A model generated the notes under the pieces. That model was given only the letters and a program-made list of their open reading frames with translations. It was not told the origin of the DNA and ran no database searches. A stretch of 48,099 nucleotides of DNA, from contig JALEUS010000065.1 in assembly GCA_022780765.1 (NCBI GenBank), positions 1 to 48,099 on the forward strand, in the 5' to 3' direction. Positions 8,422-14,514 of this stretch are shown here, piece after piece (positions within the stretch are counted from its first letter, which is position 1; each line of letters opens with the position of its first letter). Made by a program: the position numbers and the translations under genes. Source of the stretch: Bacilli bacterium. GTDB taxonomy: Bacteria > Bacillota_I > Bacilli_A > RFN20 > CAG-288.

Positions 8422-8448
8422 AAAGTCAATGAAAGATGCAGCCTTCCC

Positions 8449-9363
8449 TTATTTCGTCAGCTTGTCGATGATTTTGTTGGAAATCGTGTTGACGGCATCG
8501 ACGACGGACTTGGCGTCCGAGAGAGCCTCAGCGCCCTCTTCGACGTAATGAGGCGTGTCGCTCACCGCTTTTTTCGCCTTGGCGATGTATTCTTTGAATT
8601 TGTCTTCTCCGCAAATGGTGTCCCCCACCGCCATGGATAAGGCTCTGTTCTCTTTCACCGCCTCCTCCAGGCTCAGCAGCATGTCGAACGCTTTGTTGAG
8701 CTTGGCCTCCAAGGAATTGATCTTGATGTCCTTCAAGGCGTTGATTTCCTGGAACAGGGCCGAATTCTCCTCCTCAAGCTCATGGTATTGGACTTGGCCC
8801 CTTTGAATCACCTCCTGGAAATTCCTGACCTGGTCGGCAGTGAGCTGGTTCTTCTCCAAAAGGGCTTTAACTTCATCTTTCAAGCCTTCCGCCTCTTCTT
8901 TCAGCCGCTTGTTTTCTTTCTCCGTCAGGTCGAAAATCCCGGCAAAAAAGGTTTCGTCGTACTCATTTTCCGCCTTAATCCCCATGTAATCCGCATAGGG
9001 CTTCGAGGTTTTCCAATAGACCTTCATGTAATTCGTCACGATGTCGACAGAAACGTTCTTCTCCCGATGGTGCTTGTGTTTGTTCACCTTCTGCGTGTAA
9101 TCCGAAAGTTTGCCGTAGGTGGCCTCGTCCAGGCGAAGCATCCCCATCATCACCACTTTCATCTCGTCCTTCCGGATGAGCTTCCCGCAGGTCGTCCCCT
9201 CTTCATAAGGCACGTTGAAATCGTCGGCGATCTGCTTCAAGGTCTCCTCCAGCAGATCCAAATAGGAGTCATAGAAAGAATTCGAAGCTCCTTTGATGTT
9301 TCGGATAACGGTCTGGTAACGGTTCGCTATCGGCTCTCCCAAAAGTGATATGTACTCAAGCAT
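8449..9363 (-). CDS. Coiled-coil protein with an N-terminal globular domain of unknown function
   Basis: The ORF extends to 9402, but ATG at 9363 (MLEYISLLGE) overlaps the upstream stop by 8 nt (ATGCTTGA) and is the likely start. Residues ~150-250 are heptad-rich (KRLKEEAEGLKDEVKALLEKNQL...EEENSALFQEINALKD). Confidence 0.65.
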   Translation of the reverse strand: MLEYISLLGEPIANRYQTVIRNIKGASNSFYDSYLDLLEETLKQIADDFNVPYEEGTTCGKLIRKDEMKVVMMGMLRLDEATYGKLSDYTQKVNKHKHHREKNVSVDIVTNYMKVYWKTSKPYADYMGIKAENEYDETFFAGIFDLTEKENKRLKEEAEGLKDEVKALLEKNQLTADQVRNFQEVIQRGQVQYHELEEENSALFQEINALKDIKINSLEAKLNKAFDMLLSLEEAVKENRALSMAVGDTICGEDKFKEYIAKAKKAVSDTPHYVEEGAEALSDAKSVVDAVNTISNKIIDKLTK

Positions 9364-10648
9364 GTTTCTCCCCCATTCTTTGCATGAACGCAATGGTCTC
9401 ATTCATGTATTCATTGGCTTTCGCCCGATCCAGATTAGGCAGGTTTTCGAAATAATAGGCTTCCTTCCTGCAGAAATCGTTTCGCGGGACCGCGTATCCG
9501 TTTTCGCTCAGCAAATCACTCAGCTTACGATAGTCCTTGCGCGGTTTCCCTAGGCAAAGATATGTCCCTAAAGATCTGAGGACGCGGGAGCTTTCCCCAA
9601 AGCCAAGGAGGCTGTCAATTCTGTCCATGTTAAGAACGTTGAAGTAAATGACATCCTCTTTTTCCAAGTCGACGATGTCATAGATGTATTCGTCATTGGG
9701 GTCCTTTTCGCCCCTCATCGCCTTCTCCAAGTCGACGTATCGGCTTCGGTTTTTCTTCACGATGCCTTTGTTTTGGAACCCCGAAGGCCAGATGTCAGGC
9801 TTGCTCATACCTAGCATTCTATCCTCAGCTTCGTCAAAAAGGCGATAAAACGGGTCGACCAGCACGAGGGTCCTGCTCGGCGTCAGCGGAGTGAAATAGA
9901 AGTTGGCGCCGACGTTATCCTCGTTGAGGATCAGCTTCAGGATATTGGCCTTTTCTTCATCGCTTTTGGTTTTCTTCAGCAAAGAAAGGTAATAGCCTGT
10001 CTTAATCAGCTCCTGGCCATAATCCCCATAAAATCTGGACGGATCGTGCTCGCAGACCATCCCGATGTCGGATATGACGAAGTCTTCTCCGCACTTCTTG
10101 GAATCCCAAATGGAGAAATAGCAGCTGTTGAATACCCTGGTCCATTTTTGGGCGACGAAGGTGGCGTTTTCCTTGTCGGCCCATTTGTATTCATCATCGC
10201 TCTCCAAGATGGAAAGCAGCGTCTGCTTGAGGTATTCCTCATCTGACAGTTCTTCTTCAACCGGGTGAATTTTGAACATCCTGTCGAGATAATAATGTTT
10301 GCCGAGTTTATGAAAGACAGACCTCTGATGATTGATGTAATTGACGGCAACTGGAGTTCTGAGCATCTCAAGGGAAAAGAATCTTTTCAGAAGCATGAGC
10401 TCTCTTCTCGTCAAAGTGACGGTGCCCTCAGCGTTGATGATTTTGTTAAAGAGGATGTTGGCCACCCTGCTTTCTGCGTTTTGGTTGAAAAGCTTCTCCA
10501 AACTCTCCTCGTAAAGCTTCGTCGAGCAAAAGATTTTATCGGGCTTTTTTCGCTCTAGAATCCCTTCTTTGAGATCAAAGATGTTGATCCTTTCGCCGAA
10601 TCTATTGACGATGAACCGAGGGACATAGTGGTTGTTCTCATACGCCAT
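9356..10648 (-). CDS. DUF4238-type protein with a C-terminal extension
   Basis: 430 aa. The N-terminus MAYENNHYVPRFIVNRF matches the HYVPxFYLxxF signature I associate with Pfam DUF4238. The start overlaps the recombinase stop by 11 nt. Confidence 0.6.
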   Translation of the reverse strand: MAYENNHYVPRFIVNRFGERINIFDLKEGILERKKPDKIFCSTKLYEESLEKLFNQNAESRVANILFNKIINAEGTVTLTRRELMLLKRFFSLEMLRTPVAVNYINHQRSVFHKLGKHYYLDRMFKIHPVEEELSDEEYLKQTLLSILESDDEYKWADKENATFVAQKWTRVFNSCYFSIWDSKKCGEDFVISDIGMVCEHDPSRFYGDYGQELIKTGYYLSLLKKTKSDEEKANILKLILNEDNVGANFYFTPLTPSRTLVLVDPFYRLFDEAEDRMLGMSKPDIWPSGFQNKGIVKKNRSRYVDLEKAMRGEKDPNDEYIYDIVDLEKEDVIYFNVLNMDRIDSLLGFGESSRVLRSLGTYLCLGKPRKDYRKLSDLLSENGYAVPRNDFCRKEAYYFENLPNLDRAKANEYMNETIAFMQRMGEKHA

Positions 10649-11216
10649 TTTTGTTTTCCCCTCCCATGTCCTGGACTCTTCTGTAGAACGTGTTTCTCTT
10701 CAGCCCAAGCCTCTTCATAGCCTCCGTGGCTGTAATCTCGCGGCTATGCCAAAGCTTCATTACCTCATTCCACTTGTCTTTATCGACTTCGATGGGCTTA
10801 CGTCCTTTATATCCGCCTTGAGCCTTCTTGATCTCAATCCCCTCTCTTTGCCTTTCCCTGATGTAATCTCTCTCCATCTCGAAGATAGCGCCGAAAAGAG
10901 TCAAAACAAGCCTCCCGTTCTGGGTCGAGGTGTCGAAGGCCTCCTTGATGGATTTCAAAGCGACGTTCTTGGCCTTGAGGTCATCCACAATGGTAAGAAG
11001 GTCTCTAGTGTTCCGTGCTAGTCTAGAAATTGACTCCACCACGACTGTATCTCCTTCCCTGACGAACTCGAGCATCGCCTTGAGCTGGGTTCTGTCTCTA
11101 TTCTTGCCGCTGCAGACGTCTATGAAGACTTTCTCTACTCCAAGGGTTTTCATCAATTCCTCTTGCCTGATTGTGTTCTGGGTATCGGAGGATACCCTGA
11201 CATATCCGATATCCAT
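10638..11216 (-). CDS. Small serine recombinase (resolvase/invertase family) with a C-terminal HTH
   Basis: MDIGYVRVSSDTQN carries the catalytic Ser motif. Also present: VVVESISRLARN, LFGAIFEMERDYIRERQ and the C-terminal HTH ATEAMKRLGLKRNTFYRRV. GGAGA RBS lies 6 nt before the ATG at 11216; the track ORF extends to 11252. Confidence 0.9.
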   Translation of the reverse strand: MDIGYVRVSSDTQNTIRQEELMKTLGVEKVFIDVCSGKNRDRTQLKAMLEFVREGDTVVVESISRLARNTRDLLTIVDDLKAKNVALKSIKEAFDTSTQNGRLVLTLFGAIFEMERDYIRERQREGIEIKKAQGGYKGRKPIEVDKDKWNEVMKLWHSREITATEAMKRLGLKRNTFYRRVQDMGGENKNGV

Positions 11217-11271
11217 ATCGCGTCTCCGTTTCAATAGAGTCCTTCTTTTCAAAGAGCTGTTTCATAATATG

Positions 11272-11320
11272 ATTTTACCAATCGTGTGACACGAAATCAA
11301 CGTGTACCACTGGGGTACAC
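11272..11320 (-). promoter_or_regulatory. Recombinase promoter overlapping GTGT/ACAC palindromes (candidate res/operator subsites)
   Basis: On the minus strand: TTGATT (11295-11300), 17-nt spacer, TAAAAT (11272-11277). Palindrome CGTGTGACACG (11283-11293) lies in the spacer. A 7+5+7 inverted repeat GTGTACC-ACTGG-GGTACAC (11302-11320) lies just upstream of the -35. Confidence 0.5.
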
Positions 11321-11591
11321 CATAAAGAGATTCGGACTTTTGTAAAACATTTGGAAAACTCAAGCATATTTTTGAATATACAAATTAACCGAAGCGAATG
11401 CGTAAGTGTATTCTCGATTTTAATATTGCGTTGTTCGAAGTAGAAGAAAAACGAGATTCATTCGGATAAAAGCGCATTTTTATCTCGCCCAAACAAACTT
11501 AAGAATTTGTAAAAAATATCGTCAGCAACGAAAAATGTTGACATTAGCCGGGGTCCTTGCTGGAGGCACCACAGTGGTAAAGGATCTCGTC

Positions 11592-12476
11592 CTAGTTTCC
11601 GTAGTCGATGAATACATACCTATCGTGGCATCTTCCGTCAAACCGCTTGAACGAGATATCGATGTCGGGGTATTCGGCCTTGAAATCATTCAGCAGCCTT
11701 TGCGTCAATGTGTCCCTGTTCCTTAGGTTGTCGCTTATGACCGTTATCTCAGCACCATTCTTCGCGGAGCGGAGCAGCTCCAAGATCTTCAGGAAGAGAT
11801 AGGAATCGACGACGATGATGGAATATTCTGCCGTTTTGTATATCTTCTGGTAAGCCTCGTCGGCTTCCACCCTCTCGCCGTCGAGGATGAGGAAATGCTC
11901 CATTGGAGGATAGTACGTGAAGCTGTCCACCACTTTCCGGAGGTCCTCCTTGGTTGCCATCTTATCCTCTATTGTCGAGAACCTGCCACCGAGCGAGCGG
12001 ATGCCCTCGCTGTTTTAATGTGTCTCGTTCACCAACTGAAGGATCTCCTTCGAGCCGATGAGTTCGTGGTTCTCGGCGATGTAGTTCTTCTTCGACTTGA
12101 TGACGCGAATGAGTGCAACGGATTGCTTAGTCGCGAGATCGCCTTTGAGGACAGTCATCAGCATGTAGATCCCCTGCTCAGTATAGGCAAAAGGCAGATA
12201 TCTAGTCCCACCCCAACTTGTGGTGCCATTTTGTCACCTCAAGGTCGAAAACTCCTCGGCAGTCAAACGAAACATGAAATCCTCAAGGAATTTTTCTTTG
12301 CACCTTTGCACCTGCCTATTCAGGTATTTCGTTTCATAGCCGTAAATCCTGGTGAGGTCAAAGTCGAGCATGACTTTCTGTCCTCTGATGACGTAGATCT
12401 CGCCTCTGATGATGTCCTCGTTGATGACCGCAGGCGCCATCGGCTCATTTGCCTTCTTTTCCGTTCCGTCATCCAT
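11592..12476 (-). pseudogene. ORF6N/KilA-N-like DNA-binding protein gene interrupted by two in-frame stop codons
   Basis: Three track ORFs share one frame. IYVIRGQKVMLDFDLTRIYGYETKYLNRQVQRCKEKFLEDFMFRLTAEEFSTLR is followed by TGA (12234-12236). Then QNGTTSWGGTRYLPFAYTEQG... continues to TAA (12015-12017). The frame then continues into ORF 11592-11960. The motif across the TGA matches the ORF6N consensus. Confidence 0.7.
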
Positions 12477-12479
12477 GCC

Positions 12480-12790
12480 TCAGCCCTCCTTGCTTTTCTT
12501 CACCCTTCGGTAGAAGGTGTTCCGCTTCAGGCCGAGCCTCCTCATGGCCTCCACCGCTGTGATGTCCCCGGATCCCCAGAGTTTCATGATCACGTCCCAT
12601 TTCCCTGGATCCACCTTGATCGGATTCTTCGTGCGGTTGCAGAAGACGTAGAGTGCATCGGCGAAGAGATCCTCGCCCAGCGCCACCAGTTTCGATGACA
12701 GCGAGTTGATTCCCCAGCGGAAGTCCCTTATCCCTGTGTACCAACCTGATCTCCGGCTTCGTCTCTCTTCTATACATTGGCAATCGCTTC
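12480..12790 (-). pseudogene. Chimeric remnant: IS66 Orf2 (TnpB)-like N-terminal fragment joined in frame to a resolvase C-terminal HTH fragment
   Basis: The open frame upstream of the GTG at 12686 reads SGWYTGIRDFRWGINSLSSKLVALGEDLFADALYVFCNRTKNPIKV (IS66 Orf2-like pattern TDMRKxxxGL...DPFSGxLFVFxNRRxDxxKIL). It continues DPGKWDVIMKLWGSGDITAVEAMRRLGLKRNTFYRRV, which parallels the C-terminus of the intact recombinase (DKDKWNEVMKLWHSREITATEAMKRLGLKRNTFYRRV). Confidence 0.5.
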
Positions 12791-13066
12791 CATTATCCTT
12801 TCCAGCTTCATCAGGTCCGTGCAGCTTATCATCAGGGTGATCTCGACGTCCCCGGATTCCCTTCCGCCGTCATTTCCCTGTTTGGCGTCTATGTACATTT
12901 CTCCGTTTGCGTTCTCTTTTTCTCCTTCCGGCCTGAGGTGGATAACCTCCGTCTGCTCTTCCGACCCCTTCTGCATCCTGAAGGAGGCGGGATATCTATG
13001 TTTCCAATGCAAGAATGTGTTGTAGCTTATCCCTCTAAAACGGCAGACGGAGAGAAAGCTCACCAA
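12770..13066 (-). pseudogene. Possible decayed IS accessory (transposase OrfA-like HTH) gene
   Basis: The 98-aa ORF begins VSFLSVCRFRGISYNTFLHWKHRY (HTH-like). The adjacent upstream frame (IGFYATLHRDKDEFYKEIQKEAEDTW) is offset by one nucleotide, suggesting a frameshift. Weak call. Confidence 0.3.
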
Positions 13067-13484
13067 GTGTCCTCAGCCTCCTTCTGTATTTCCTTGTAGA
13101 ACTCATCCTTATCTCTGTGTAAAGTGGCGTAAAAACCAATCTCCCGGTTCGGTTCCTTACATCGGGAGGACTATCGCACATGCCAGAAGCCTAAAAAATC
13201 CGCGACCTATATTTGACGCTTACCGTGCATCCGCAGGAATAGTGATGCTTTGCGATTTCGTCGCCGAAGCAGATCACCTTTTTCTCTCGCAGTCGCAAAG
13301 GCAGAGGTAATACACGTTTTTCCTTCCCTTGTGGCCATCACCGCATCTGCAAGGATATTTTCCCTTCACCATGAGCATACCAGTTCGATAAGGTTTGAAA
13401 TTCGGATTCATATTTTACCTTAGCAGAGAAGAAAAATGGTCTCCACACTTCCTTTCTGGGAAGGAGAGACCGCCTGTTTCCCTC

Positions 13485-13567
13485 TGGTGCACTAGACAGG
13501 ACTCGAACCTGCACGGTTTCCCAGCGGATTCTAAGTCCGCCGCGTATACCTATTCCGCCACTAGTGC
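13485..13567 (-). tRNA. tRNA-Leu (anticodon UAG), class II with long variable arm, CCA encoded
   Basis: Hand-folded: GCACTAG/CTAGTGC acceptor (7 bp), D-arm GCG..CGC, anticodon arm GCGGA-CTTAGAA-TCCGC, variable arm TGGGAAACCGTG, T-arm CAGG-TTCGAGT-CCTG, then A-CCA. Confidence 0.85.
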
Positions 13568-13807
13568 GTGTGTGCTACTTTCTGCGGACGGATTCGTCCG
13601 CATGTCTTCTTCTACCGTCTGACCATCTTTTGGCAAGAAGAGGAACGGCTTTTCCTAATTTTACTACCCTGCGGACAACTTTTCATAGGAATTCCGGGAT
13701 TTTCTCCGGTCGGAGGTTTTGTCCGCATCTTCTTTTGTGCGCACCTTACCTCATTCTTCCCGCAGCCATGGCGTTTTCGGTTTACCATATTCTTGGAGTT
13801 TTCAAGT

Positions 13808-13846
13808 TCCTAAGTCCATAGCGTCTACCTGTTCCGCCAACCGGAC
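13808..13846 (-). pseudogene. Orphan 5' half of a tRNA-Leu(UAG)-like gene (acceptor 5' strand, D-arm, anticodon stem 5' strand and loop), truncated after the anticodon loop
   Basis: Reverse complement is GTCCGGT-T-GGCGGAACAGGTAGACGC-T-ATGGA-CTTAGGA, a near-canonical Leu tRNA 5' half. No TCCAT stem complement, T-arm or ACCGGAC acceptor strand follows. It sits exactly at the GC-rich/AT-rich junction. Confidence 0.55.
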
Positions 13847-13869
13847 AAAACATATTAATTATATATGAT

Positions 13870-14208
13870 TTACTCTTCTCTTTCAGTCTTTTTCTTTTTA
13901 GCTTTATCTTTTTTTTCCTGCACGTACTTCTCATACTGCTCTTTATTCTTCTCCATCTTCCTCATGTAATTAGAAGATAAAGCAGCGAGTGTTATCATAA
14001 TAGCTTCAAAAAACACCAGAACAGAACCGGCGACAACTAAAGGAACAGCAAAAGGTAAGGGAGTTGAATTATCTGTCGGTGTCAGATAGATAAGACCGGA
14101 AACTAAAAGAGACAGAGCAGTGATAGCTAGAATGGTCATACCGATAAGAAAATAGATGCTAGTTTTTTTTGAAAACTTAGAGATAGACTCCATAATTTTG
14201 TAAATCAT
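13870..14208 (-). CDS. Small membrane protein (two predicted TM helices, Lys-rich C-terminus)
   Basis: 112-aa AT-rich ORF. Hydrophobic stretches IYFLIGMTILAITALSLLVSGLIYL and LPFAVPLVVAGSVLVFFEAIMITLAAL. No family recognised. Confidence 0.55.
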   Translation of the reverse strand: MIYKIMESISKFSKKTSIYFLIGMTILAITALSLLVSGLIYLTPTDNSTPLPFAVPLVVAGSVLVFFEAIMITLAALSSNYMRKMEKNKEQYEKYVQEKKDKAKKKKTEREE

Positions 14209-14216
14209 AATACAAG

Positions 14217-14293
<77 letters not shown>

Positions 14294-14514
14294 AGCAAAT
14301 AGATTATAACCCTAAAAGGATGTAATTCATATAAAAACATACTGAGAAATACGCTTGTTACATTATTTAATTGTTTGTATCATCTTTTGATCATCTTTTG
14401 AAAATCATTAAAAAAGCTGCTTTCTCAAATCAAATAGTTTATGTGAAATACCTGATTATTCTAATAAACTCTTTTCTTATGTTATTCACAAATGTGAATA
14501 AAAAAGAGATAAAG

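Noticed and set aside
12234-12236. TGA reassignment (Mollicutes code 4, or code 25) explaining the in-frame TGA
   Set aside because: TGA terminates 9 of the 11 island genes checked and many host genes (for example sufB, sufS, sufD, sufC) at positions consistent with full-length homologues, and conserved Trp positions are encoded by TGG. The same gene also contains an in-frame TAA.
547-12698. Long plus-strand ORFs inside the island (for example 547-1011, 5627-6217, 8782-9348, 11895-12698)
   Set aside because: They lie antisense to minus-strand genes with clear family motifs. They have low-complexity or Arg/Leu/Val/Pro-rich translations typical of shadow ORFs in ~50% GC DNA. They lack RBSs and recognisable domains.
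13485-13846. Split or intron-containing tRNA-Leu (5' half at 13808-13846 spliced to a 3' half, as with group I introns in tRNA-Leu)
   Set aside because: The 5' half acceptor GTCCGGT cannot pair with CTAGTGC, and its anticodon stem ATGGA has no TCCAT partner next to any T-arm. The tRNA at 13485-13567 is already complete on its own. The intervening 240 nt shows no group I core elements that I can recognise.
1-13850. CRISPR array or Cas13-like locus associated with the dual-HEPN protein
   Set aside because: I scanned the ORF-free stretches (58-372, 11253-11591, 13067-13484, 13568-13807) and found no regularly spaced direct repeats. The protein is much smaller than known Cas13 enzymes. Only the HEPN motif similarity stands.
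1-13850. Intact prophage
   Set aside because: No terminase, portal, capsid, tail, lysis or replication genes are present. Only a nucleotide-metabolism cassette, regulators and recombinase-type genes are seen. A satellite, remnant or non-phage island is more consistent, although the left part lies outside the window.
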